DNA of 64,000 nucleotides from an uncultured Bacillales bacterium (GTDB lineage Bacteria; Bacillota_I; Bacilli_A; RF39; UBA660): NCBI GenBank assembly GCA_905206805.1, contig CAJLIR010000002.1, positions 26,999 to 90,998 of the forward strand, read 5' to 3'. Shown piece by piece: positions 30,286 to 39,219 of this stretch (position 1 is its first letter; each line of letters starts with the position of its first letter). The notes under the pieces were generated by a model. It saw only the letters and a program-made list of their open reading frames with translations, ran no database searches and was not told where the DNA came from. The position numbers and the translations under genes were made by a program.

Positions 30286-30828
30286 ATGAAGATATTATTT
30301 ATATCAGATATACATGGTATTAATATTAATTTAAAAAAAATAGAAAAAGTTATTGAAAAAGAAAAAATAGATAAATTAGTAGTTCTTGGTGATTTATATT
30401 ATGCCGGTCCTACGTATAATCAAAAGTATGAAGTTAATAGTATGAATGTTAAAGATACATTAACTAAATATTCAGATAAAATTATTTGTTTAAAAGGTAA
30501 TTGTGATTCAGACGTTGATATTAAAGCAAGTGATTTTCCAATTTGTAATAATTTAGCTTTAATATGTGTAGATGGGTTAGATATTTATTTAACTCATGGT
30601 AATGAATATAATTTAGAAAAGAATAGAAAATTTAACAGAAAAGGTATATTGGTATATGGTCATGAACACATACCTTATATAAAAAAAGAAAAAGATATGG
30701 TATATATCAATGTTGGTTCAATATCTATACCTAAAGAAAACAATAATCCTACATATATGATGTATGAAAATAGAAAATTTACTATTTATGATATAGAAGA
30801 AAATATATTTGATAGTATAGAAATATAA
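30286..30828 (+). CDS. Metallophosphoesterase, YfcE/MJ0936 family
   Basis: SDIHG, GDLYY, GNCD, THGN, and GHEH motifs in canonical order. Confidence 0.8.
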   Translation: MKILFISDIHGININLKKIEKVIEKEKIDKLVVLGDLYYAGPTYNQKYEVNSMNVKDTLTKYSDKIICLKGNCDSDVDIKASDFPICNNLALICVDGLDIYLTHGNEYNLEKNRKFNRKGILVYGHEHIPYIKKEKDMVYINVGSISIPKENNNPTYMMYENRKFTIYDIEENIFDSIEI

Positions 30829-30842
30829 AATGGAGGATGTAA

Positions 30843-31466
30843 ATGAATTTAATTGGTAGTAGAACTATAGAAACTGAAAGATTAATATTAAGAAGTTCTA
30901 AGATGGAAGAACAAAAAAGATTATGGGAGATATTAATGATTCCAGAAGTAAATAAATGGTATTTAACAGGTGCCAAAAAACATGCTAATAATCCTAGCCA
31001 CTGGGCTTGGGAGAATCAAGAGAAATTCTATAAATCTAAAGTTGATAAAGCAGATAATAATGATGTATTTGTATGGAGTGTATTTTTAAAACCAGAATAT
31101 ACGAATAGTGGTTATGAAGAAGTAATTGGACAAGTATCTGCTCAAGAAAATGGAGAAGATATTACTATTCGTGATGTAGGTTGGTATATGGATCCGGCTT
31201 ATCAAGGAAAAGGCTATGCAACAGAAGCTGCTAAAGCAATGATAGATTATATGTTTAGCGAAGTAGAAATAAATGGTATTTCTTCAGGTGCTGTAAAAGA
31301 TAATATAAGATCTTGTAGAATGTTTGAAAAATTAGGGTTTAATAAAATTGGTGAAATAGAAGAAGAGTCACCTTATACATTTTATGATGGAATATTAACT
31401 TTTTCTAAATACGAATTAACTAAGGAGTATTATTTTAATAATGAAAATAATAGAGTACGAAGATAA
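30843..31466 (+). CDS. GNAT N-acetyltransferase (RimJ/RimL-like)
   Basis: TERLILR start and the acetyl-CoA motif YQGKGYATEA. Confidence 0.75.
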   Translation: MNLIGSRTIETERLILRSSKMEEQKRLWEILMIPEVNKWYLTGAKKHANNPSHWAWENQEKFYKSKVDKADNNDVFVWSVFLKPEYTNSGYEEVIGQVSAQENGEDITIRDVGWYMDPAYQGKGYATEAAKAMIDYMFSEVEINGISSGAVKDNIRSCRMFEKLGFNKIGEIEEESPYTFYDGILTFSKYELTKEYYFNNENNRVRR

Positions 31467-31929
31467 ATATTTAGAAGATGTTAAAGACTTGTTAGTTGAA
31501 CTTGAAAAGTATATTTTATCTATTGATAAAGATAATTTAGATCAACTACATCCAGAATATAGAGAAAAAATGGCAATTTTAGATTTAGAAGAAGTTAAAA
31601 ATAATAATGGTAAATGTTATATAGCAGTTGAAAATGATAAAGCAGTAGGTTTAATTATGGGATGTATTTTTCCATATGATGAATATGATTATCTTGATTA
31701 TAAATGCCCTAAAAGAGGAGAAATAACTGAATTAGTAGTTTCCAAAAATGTAAGAAGTAAAGGTATAGGCAATATGCTTATGAATAAAATGGAAGAATAT
31801 TTTAAATCATTGGGTTGTGAATATATTTTAGTAGATGTATTTGCTTATAATGATAATGCTATTAAGTTTTATGATAAAAGTGGATATCATTCAAGAATGT
31901 ATACAAATATAAAAAAGATTGGGGATTAA
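31441..31929 (+). CDS. GNAT N-acetyltransferase
   Basis: VRSKGIGNMLM acetyl-CoA binding motif and NDNAIKFYDKSGY. Confidence 0.75.
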   Translation: MKIIEYEDKYLEDVKDLLVELEKYILSIDKDNLDQLHPEYREKMAILDLEEVKNNNGKCYIAVENDKAVGLIMGCIFPYDEYDYLDYKCPKRGEITELVVSKNVRSKGIGNMLMNKMEEYFKSLGCEYILVDVFAYNDNAIKFYDKSGYHSRMYTNIKKIGD

Positions 31930-31930
31930 T

Positions 31931-32326
31931 ATGACATTTAAAGAATTTTATATATCAGATAAAAATGGTAAAAGTAATTGTGTGATAAGAAGCTTATGTA
32001 AGATTTTAAATAAAGAATATAATGATGTTTATAATGACTTATGTAAAATTGCTGAAGATTTAAAGTGTGATTCATTTAATGATATACCAGTATTTGAAAA
32101 ATATATGGAAGATAATAATATTTTTAATATTGACTATAATAAAGATATTATGATTAAAGATTTAAATTTGAATGATAATTCATATGTTGTGTTTTGTTGG
32201 AATAAGAAAGATTATTATCATATGATTTCAATTATTGATAATGTTATATATGATAAAAATTTTGATTGTATGAATCTATATGTTATATCCATTTATAAAA
32301 AAAATGAAATATGTCAAAATACTTGA
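31931..32326 (+). CDS. Hypothetical protein, possible papain-like Cys-His fold
   Basis: GKSNCVIRSLCKIL (candidate nucleophile Cys) and YYHMISIIDNVIYD (candidate His/Asp). Pattern-level guess only. Confidence 0.3.
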   Translation: MTFKEFYISDKNGKSNCVIRSLCKILNKEYNDVYNDLCKIAEDLKCDSFNDIPVFEKYMEDNNIFNIDYNKDIMIKDLNLNDNSYVVFCWNKKDYYHMISIIDNVIYDKNFDCMNLYVISIYKKNEICQNT

Positions 32327-32451
32327 TTTTTATTAAAAAAAGTAATAGAATAAGTGATAAATTAATTCGTGGTAGTTGTGGAGGAGGAGGGCCTAGTTTT
32401 ATAGTCTCTCTTTTTTGCTTATAAATGAATATAACAAGGGCTGGTGGTTAT

Positions 32452-33309
32452 ATGAAAAAGGTAAGTATTATAATACCAATATATAATGGAGAAAGATATA
32501 TTGATAAATGTCTTGATTCTATTTTTAATCAAACATGTGATAATTATGAAATTATTGCTATTGATGATAATAGTTGTGATAATTCTTATAAAACACTTAT
32601 GCAATATAAGGATAAAATAAAACTGTACAAAATATCTAAACATGATCCAGGTGCTGTAAGAAATTTTGGATTAACTAAATGTACAGGAGATTTAATTATT
32701 TTTTTAGATATAGATGATACTATTAATCAAAAATTAATTGAAACTATTAATGAATACGATGATGTTGAATATGATATGCTTAGATTTCAAGCGGTTATGA
32801 TTGATAATAATAAGAATATTGTGGAAGAATTTGTTACTAAAAATATTGGAATATATAAAGGTCTTGATTTTTTAAATTTATGTGCAGTTAATAATGAAAT
32901 ATATAGTCCTTCTTGGCTATACTGTTATAGTAGACAGTTTTGGGAGAATAACAATTTTAAATTTTTACAAGGTAAAACACAAGAGGATTTTGGCCTAACT
33001 TCTTATCAATTGTACAAAGCATCTACAGTTATATCGATTCCATATATTGGATACTATTATTACAAATCAAATAATAGCATTATGAGAAATGATGACTATG
33101 AAAAAATCAAAAAGAAAGCAATGGATGTCTTGTATCATACAGAATCACATTATAATAATTTTATTCTAGATATTCCAGATTACAACATAAGAAGAAACAT
33201 TATTAATTATTTTATAAACGTATTAGAGCATAAGAAAGAATATTTAGATACTGATGATAAAAAAGAATATGACAGTATTATAAAAGTTAAAAAGAAAGAA
33301 TGGTTTTAA
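32452..33309 (+). CDS. Family 2 glycosyltransferase
   Basis: VSIIIPIYNGERYIDKCLDSIFNQT, IAIDDNSCDNS, and FLDIDD (DxD) motifs. Confidence 0.85.
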   Translation: MKKVSIIIPIYNGERYIDKCLDSIFNQTCDNYEIIAIDDNSCDNSYKTLMQYKDKIKLYKISKHDPGAVRNFGLTKCTGDLIIFLDIDDTINQKLIETINEYDDVEYDMLRFQAVMIDNNKNIVEEFVTKNIGIYKGLDFLNLCAVNNEIYSPSWLYCYSRQFWENNNFKFLQGKTQEDFGLTSYQLYKASTVISIPYIGYYYYKSNNSIMRNDDYEKIKKKAMDVLYHTESHYNNFILDIPDYNIRRNIINYFINVLEHKKEYLDTDDKKEYDSIIKVKKKEWF

Positions 33310-33310
33310 A

Positions 33311-34984
33311 ATGAATGTTAAATATTTTTTAGATAATTATTATGATAAAGCAATTGAACTAAAAAAGAATTTTAAGATAACAGAAGACAAAAACTGGAAC
33401 GCTATTACAGTTCTAGGCGAGATGAATACACAACTAGGACATTTTTGTTTACTTATGTTAGAACATAAAGAATATAAAGAAGTAGGAAGAAATATTTATG
33501 ATATTGGAGATGAATTATCTGATATTGTACTTCAAATAGTAGCGCTTGCATGGAAACTTAAATTAAATTTAAAAGAGTACGAGTATAATTATAAAAAAGT
33601 AGAGTTTTCATCTATAAATGATGCAATATTATCATTCAATGTAGTATATGGGCAAGTGTCAGAAATAATACTTGAAAAATATAAATATAGACATTATAAA
33701 ATTAGATATGAATTTTCAAAAGTGAATGATTTTATATTATATAAACTTGCTAACATGTTGGAAATTATATTTAATATAGCTAATGTCTTAAATGTAAATA
33801 TGGCTCATGAATTTGATTTAATGCTTAATGATGCCAATAAGTTTTTAGATAGATTTGCTAAAGTAAAAGAAGCAAAATTTTATCCAATTGTAGATGTACA
33901 TGCTACATGGATGGTACTTAATCCTGTTCAAGGATGCCCAAAACAATGTAAATATTGCTTTTTAAGGGAAAGAAAGCTTAATTTAGTACAACCAAAGGTG
34001 TTAGCATCTCCTGAAAATGCTGTTAAGTTGCTATTAAAAAGTAAATTTTATATAAAAGATATTCCACTATGTTTATTATCTCAAACAGATGGTTTTTCTA
34101 CACCAGATAATATTGAATATTTAAAACAATTAGTAACTATATTAATGGAAAAAAATGTTGAAAATCCAATTGTATTTATTACTAAATGTAAAATACCAGA
34201 AGATTTTATAAAATTTATAGATAATTATGAAAAACAAGGTAAAAAATTTATATTCTTTTTAAGTTATTCAGGATTTGATAAAGATATAGAAGTTGGAGTA
34301 AATAGAAAAGATATAGAAAATAATTTTATTACATTGCATAAGTATAATAAAACTATTATTCATTATTGGAGACCATTTATGCCTTCTAATAGTAGAAAAG
34401 AAGATATAAATAGAATATATAACTTTGTTAAAAAATATGCTGTTGCATCTGTAGCAATTGGTCTTAAAATTACAGATGAAATAATAGATCATATTGAATG
34501 GAACGAATTAAGGAATCATAGGAAAGAAGCATTAAAAGCAGATAATGTTTGGGATAAGAATGCTTATGAATATGTTTGGAAACATCTTAAAGACGAAAGT
34601 GATTATCCAATTTATCAAACTACATCATGTGCCTTAGCAGTTGCTTTATCTAAACCAGATAGAAAGTTCTTTTATAATAGTGACATTTGTAAGTGTAATA
34701 AATGTCCTAATTACCAAAGAAATCTTTGTAAAAAAAAGAATGATAATTTAAAAATGGTTAGTAAAAATGATGTAAAAAAACTAATCAAAAAATTAGGAAA
34801 AGAAATAGATTTAAAAGATATTGAACTAAAAGATAACATGATAATACTTAGAAATATAATATTGTCTTTGAATGAAATATCATATATTACTGAAATACTA
34901 CAACATCAGGTATTGGTTATGAAAAAAGAAGATGACTACTACTGGAATACATCTATTAATAATAGTAGTATCTTAAAGGTATAG
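33311..34984 (+). CDS. Fusion: MazG-like all-alpha NTP pyrophosphohydrolase domain + SplB/COG1533-like radical SAM domain
   Basis: N-terminal LGEMNTQLGH...IGDELSDIVLQIVALA (MazG EExxE/D-like helix pair). C-terminal NPVQGCPKQCKYCF (CxxxCxxC), followed by a TIM-like region and a Cys-rich tail. Confidence 0.6.
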   Translation: MNVKYFLDNYYDKAIELKKNFKITEDKNWNAITVLGEMNTQLGHFCLLMLEHKEYKEVGRNIYDIGDELSDIVLQIVALAWKLKLNLKEYEYNYKKVEFSSINDAILSFNVVYGQVSEIILEKYKYRHYKIRYEFSKVNDFILYKLANMLEIIFNIANVLNVNMAHEFDLMLNDANKFLDRFAKVKEAKFYPIVDVHATWMVLNPVQGCPKQCKYCFLRERKLNLVQPKVLASPENAVKLLLKSKFYIKDIPLCLLSQTDGFSTPDNIEYLKQLVTILMEKNVENPIVFITKCKIPEDFIKFIDNYEKQGKKFIFFLSYSGFDKDIEVGVNRKDIENNFITLHKYNKTIIHYWRPFMPSNSRKEDINRIYNFVKKYAVASVAIGLKITDEIIDHIEWNELRNHRKEALKADNVWDKNAYEYVWKHLKDESDYPIYQTTSCALAVALSKPDRKFFYNSDICKCNKCPNYQRNLCKKKNDNLKMVSKNDVKKLIKKLGKEIDLKDIELKDNMIILRNIILSLNEISYITEILQHQVLVMKKEDDYYWNTSINNSSILKV

Positions 34985-34992
34985 GAGCAATT

Positions 34993-35700
34993 ATGAAGTG
35001 TATTATATTTGCAGGAGGAAAAGGTAGTAGAATTAGAACTGATGAAGATTTTACTCCAAAGCCATTAGTAAAAGTAGGGGATATGCCTATAATATGGCAC
35101 ATTATGAAAATTTATTCTTATTATGGGTTTAAAGATTTTATAATATGCTTAGGTTATCGAATAGATTTGTTTGAAGAATTTTTTAGTACTGTTAATGAAG
35201 ATTGGAATATTAAATTAGTAGATACTGGTCTTGATACTTGTACTGGTGGAGGATTAAAAAAAGTAGAAAAATATATTGATGATGAAGATTTTGCACTTAC
35301 ATATGCAGATGCCGTATCGGATATAAATATTGATAATCTTATTGAATATCATAAAAAACATAAGAAATTACTTACTTTATCTGTATTTAAGACTAAAGAA
35401 AGATTTGGTATATTTGAAATAAAAAACAATAAAATTAAAAACTTTAGGGAAAAAGAATTACGAGAGTGTGAATGGGTTAATGGTGGATATATGATAGCTA
35501 ATAAAAAAATATTTAGTTATCTAAGTGAGGATTCTGGGCCATTTGAAAGTGAAGTAATTGAAAGACTAATGAAGACTAATGATATCGTTGCATACAAATA
35601 TGATGGATTTTGGCAATGTATGGATTATAGAGATGAACAAAGGCAGTTAAATAAGTTAATAAAAAATGGAAAAGATGTATGGAGAAAATGGGATGAATAA
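34993..35700 (+). CDS. rfbF: Glucose-1-phosphate cytidylyltransferase-like nucleotidyltransferase
   Basis: IIFAGGKGSRI, KPLVKVGDMPIIWHIMKIYSYYGFKDFIICLGY, and GGGLKKV follow the RfbF pattern. Confidence 0.75.
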   Translation: MKCIIFAGGKGSRIRTDEDFTPKPLVKVGDMPIIWHIMKIYSYYGFKDFIICLGYRIDLFEEFFSTVNEDWNIKLVDTGLDTCTGGGLKKVEKYIDDEDFALTYADAVSDINIDNLIEYHKKHKKLLTLSVFKTKERFGIFEIKNNKIKNFREKELRECEWVNGGYMIANKKIFSYLSEDSGPFESEVIERLMKTNDIVAYKYDGFWQCMDYRDEQRQLNKLIKNGKDVWRKWDE

Positions 35701-36118
35701 AATAATAATAGGTAATAAAGATAATAATATTAAATATTGCTTTAGAGAAACTTGTTTTGGAATAGTAAAGAAAAATGATAAGTTTTATATTACATCTAAA
35801 GACGGTGACTATTCTTTAATAGGTGGTGGTCTTGAAGATGGTGAATCTCATTTGGAATGCCTAAAAAGAGAATTTATGGAAGAAGCTGGTTTAAAAATTG
35901 TAAGTATGAAAGAATTATGTATTATAGATTGCTATTGGTATACTAGAAGTAAAGTTAATATGAATTCTTTAAGTAATATTTATATAGTAGAAGTATCTGA
36001 TGATGAAAATGAACCATTAGAAAAAAATTCTGAGTTAGTAAAATGTACAAAAGAAGAACTACTTGAACGTATAGTGTTACCATATCAAAAAGAGGCAATA
36101 AAAGAATATTTTAAATAA
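35693..36118 (+). CDS. NUDIX hydrolase
   Basis: Nudix box GGGLEDGESHLECLKREFMEEAGL. Start chosen after the GGAGA RBS; upstream in-frame starts from 35666 are possible. Confidence 0.8.
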   Translation: MNKIIIGNKDNNIKYCFRETCFGIVKKNDKFYITSKDGDYSLIGGGLEDGESHLECLKREFMEEAGLKIVSMKELCIIDCYWYTRSKVNMNSLSNIYIVEVSDDENEPLEKNSELVKCTKEELLERIVLPYQKEAIKEYFK

Positions 36119-36119
36119 G

Positions 36120-37118
36120 GTGATTATTGTGCAAGAATTTAATAAAATTTTTGATTCTAGATTTGATAGTATATTTAGTAGATTGTTAGATAAAAAGTAT
36201 AGAATTGATTTATCTAAATATGGATTTAATCAATACTCATTTATAGATGAACAAGTATTTATAATGTCAAATGTAATAAAAAAAATATCTGATTTGATAA
36301 TACTTATTCCTAATGTAGAAGTTGATAATTATACTATAAAATTGATAAATATGATAAATACTTCTAATAGTGTAACTGATTTATATAATATGATGGATGA
36401 TTATCTTATAGATAAGTTAATTGAAAAATATAGATCTAAAGATAAAATAGTATCATATATGATAGATAGGTACATATATAACGGATATTGTTATCATGGC
36501 TTTAATTCTTCTTTTAAAGAAAGTATATTAGCTAAAGGACTAAATGGTGATGATACAATATCAACTAAATTAAGAAATATTAATAATATTTTAGAAAAAT
36601 ATGGAATAAGGAATGCCATGACATATAATTGGTCATATAAGGATAATAATTCAATATTTACAACAGATAATTTTGGAGCTGCTTATTATTATTCCTTATT
36701 ATCGCCAGTATTGCTATCTAGGTTTGTATCTAATGGATTGTATTCTTATAAAGAAGGATATGATAATTTAGCATTTTATATAAAAAATTATGAAGGAGTA
36801 ATGAATAATATCTCTAAAATGATGTCTGAATATAATATTAATAATGAGGATAGAAATATTATTACTAGTACTGTTAAAGACTTATTAGAAGAATTATTTC
36901 AAGATAAAGATAATCTATCAATTGCATTGATTAATAAAAAAAGTATTAATAGGGATAATTCTATTAATACGGATGACCTAAATATTCATGATAGTGTAAC
37001 AACAATATTAAAACCAAGATATGAAATTGATAGACATGAAAATATTGTTATTGATAAAGATAAAATTGAGATAATTAAGGTAAAAAATTATACAAACTTA
37101 TTTAATAATTTTAGCTAG
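36120..37118 (+). CDS. Hypothetical protein with diphtheria-toxin/PARP-like (H-Y-E) ADP-ribosyltransferase motifs
   Basis: CYHGFNSSFKESILAKGL (res 124-141) resembles DT SSYHGTKPGYVDSIQKGI and PARP WHGSR..N..ILSQGL. SIFTTDNFGAAYYYS resembles DT GFYSTDNKYDAAGYS. HENIVIDKDKIEIIKV resembles PARP NEYIVYD. All comparisons are from memory. Confidence 0.35.
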   Translation: MIIVQEFNKIFDSRFDSIFSRLLDKKYRIDLSKYGFNQYSFIDEQVFIMSNVIKKISDLIILIPNVEVDNYTIKLINMINTSNSVTDLYNMMDDYLIDKLIEKYRSKDKIVSYMIDRYIYNGYCYHGFNSSFKESILAKGLNGDDTISTKLRNINNILEKYGIRNAMTYNWSYKDNNSIFTTDNFGAAYYYSLLSPVLLSRFVSNGLYSYKEGYDNLAFYIKNYEGVMNNISKMMSEYNINNEDRNIITSTVKDLLEELFQDKDNLSIALINKKSINRDNSINTDDLNIHDSVTTILKPRYEIDRHENIVIDKDKIEIIKVKNYTNLFNNFS

Positions 37119-37577
37119 AGCTTGTTTACAATTTTTTTCACCAGTGTTTATTGAAAATACATCTATATATGCTGAAATGTAGTCAAGTCTTCTTTCAAAT
37201 TCATCCATAAGTTTTTGGTATAGATGAAAGATAACTTTACTATCTTTAAAATCATCTTTTCTTCTTTCTAAAAGAATTTTTTTTGAAGCATATAGATATA
37301 TAATTTTTGTTTCATATTCAGAATATAGTTTTACAAGATTAATAAATTCTTCTTCTGATAATTTAGTAGTACCAGATAAAACCTTACCATAGACCATTTC
37401 ACTTACAAATGATCTATCACTAACAGAATTAATATCTGAAGTTTTAATAATATTAACATATTTATCATAATGTGATTCACTGGTTAAATTATTATTGATA
37501 AGTATATAATTCTTATTTAATAAATCATTTGCAAGAGTAGTTTTACCAGTACCATCAAGACCTTCGATAATTATCAT
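37098..37577 (-). CDS. Thymidylate kinase-like P-loop nucleotide kinase
   Basis: IIIEGLDGTGKTT P-loop and a DRSFVSEMVYG (DR...Y.G) motif as in Tmk. Only minus-strand gene of the element. Its 3' end overlaps the preceding gene by 21 nt. Confidence 0.65.
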   Translation of the reverse strand: MIIIEGLDGTGKTTLANDLLNKNYILINNNLTSESHYDKYVNIIKTSDINSVSDRSFVSEMVYGKVLSGTTKLSEEEFINLVKLYSEYETKIIYLYASKKILLERRKDDFKDSKVIFHLYQKLMDEFERRLDYISAYIDVFSINTGEKNCKQALAKIIK

Positions 37578-37648
37578 TTTAACACTCCATTTCTTTTGTT
37601 ACATATACTAACATTAATTTATAAATAATTCAAGTAGAGGTGAATAAT

Positions 37649-38452
37649 ATGAAGAAAAAAATAGCATTAATAACAGATGTACATGCTAATGTAGAAGCAC
37701 TACAAGCTGTTTTATTAGATATGAAAGATAAAAATATAGATACTATTTATTCTTTGGGTGATATAATAGGATTAGGATATGCTCCTAGTGAAACAGTAAG
37801 GCTTGCTATTGATAATAATATAATTAATATACAAGGCAATGCAGAAGCATATGTTACTATGGGACCAGATATGTTTCCTTATTTAAAACGTAATAATATT
37901 GAAAGATATAATAATGCTATATGGACCAGTGAACAATTAAGTGCTGAAGAATTAGATTATATAAATAATAGTCCAGTATCAGTAGAATTAGTTATAAATG
38001 GTAAAAAAATAGGACTTTGTCATTTTCCACTAGATGTTAGATATGATTTTATAGGTGTTTGGAAATATGATGGAAAAAATCCTGAAGAATTTTTAAAAAG
38101 AAATACTTCTGATGATATCGAAAAATATAAACCAGAATTATATGAAAATGTTAAAATTGCAGATAAAAATCCATTATTATTTGGTAAAAATATATTTGAT
38201 TTTGATAGAATTATATATGGCCATTATCATTTTGAAAGAAATCATATTCTTGGAAATGTAATATTAGACTCATTAAATGGTACAGGAGTTGCTATTACAG
38301 ATAAAGCTATATATTATATATTAGAGAATGGTGCGAAACTAATCAAATATGAAGTACCATATGATTATGAGAAAGTTTTTAGGGAAACTGAGGAAAAAGA
38401 TTTTCCTAATAAAGATACATTTAAGAAAGTAATAAGTTGGAGGAAATTATGA
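37649..38452 (+). CDS. Calcineurin-like metallophosphoesterase
   Basis: TDVHAN, GDIIGLG, GNAE, and GHYH motifs. Confidence 0.75.
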   Translation: MKKKIALITDVHANVEALQAVLLDMKDKNIDTIYSLGDIIGLGYAPSETVRLAIDNNIINIQGNAEAYVTMGPDMFPYLKRNNIERYNNAIWTSEQLSAEELDYINNSPVSVELVINGKKIGLCHFPLDVRYDFIGVWKYDGKNPEEFLKRNTSDDIEKYKPELYENVKIADKNPLLFGKNIFDFDRIIYGHYHFERNHILGNVILDSLNGTGVAITDKAIYYILENGAKLIKYEVPYDYEKVFRETEEKDFPNKDTFKKVISWRKL

Positions 38453-39195
38453 TAGAAGAGTTAGTAGAAATAGCTAGGGAAGATAAAAGAGTAAATATAG
38501 ATTTTACTATTAATAATAGGATACATTTATTTAGTGCAACAGAACCTAAAAATAAAAAAGTAATAATATATGTGCATGGATTAGGTGGAAATAAGAATTG
38601 GATTACTAGATTTTATAAAGATTTATTAAACAATGGTTATGATACTTATAGTATTGATTTGATTTCTCATGGTGAAGATGGAAATGATTTTAAAAAATTT
38701 AATTTAAGTAATTGTATTTCCTATTTAAAAGATACCATTAATTATATTAAAGAAAAAAATAAAGATAGTGAAATATATTTATTTGGATCTAGTTATGGTG
38801 GATTCGTTATACTTAATGCCTATAAAGAAATAATTGATGATGTAGATAAAATATATTTAATGTGCCCAGCTATTAATTTTTGTGAAATTATGGAAAGAAA
38901 AACTGGTAATCTTAATATTGAATATTTTGATGATAATGAGTACTTACCTTTATATAATAATATAAAAATATATAAAGATGCTTATTTGGAGTTTAAATCT
39001 GGTGATGAATATATTAAAAATGAAAAATTTAATAATATATTTATTATTCAAGGAGATTTAGATAAAACAGTAGACGTCAATAACGTGATAAAATTTTGTG
39101 ATAAAAATAAGATAGAATATAAGATAATTCATGAAGGAAAACATGAATTGTATGGATTTGATAACGAGATAGTAGATTTTATATTAAATAAATAA
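38449..39195 (+). CDS. Alpha/beta hydrolase
   Basis: HGLGGN oxyanion region, GSSYGG nucleophile elbow, and C-terminal D...H (QGDLD, GKHEL). Confidence 0.75.
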   Translation: MIEELVEIAREDKRVNIDFTINNRIHLFSATEPKNKKVIIYVHGLGGNKNWITRFYKDLLNNGYDTYSIDLISHGEDGNDFKKFNLSNCISYLKDTINYIKEKNKDSEIYLFGSSYGGFVILNAYKEIIDDVDKIYLMCPAINFCEIMERKTGNLNIEYFDDNEYLPLYNNIKIYKDAYLEFKSGDEYIKNEKFNNIFIIQGDLDKTVDVNNVIKFCDKNKIEYKIIHEGKHELYGFDNEIVDFILNK

Positions 39196-39219
39196 TTCTA
39201 TCTAACAGGGGGAAAAATA

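Noticed and set aside
33311-34984. Prokaryotic viperin (pVip), given a radical SAM gene near a nucleotide kinase
   Set aside because: The cluster motif context (GCPKQCKYCF after a long N-terminal MazG-like domain, then a COG1533/SplB-like layout) does not resemble the viperin CNYKC.FCF core as I recall it. The kinase is three genes away on the opposite strand.
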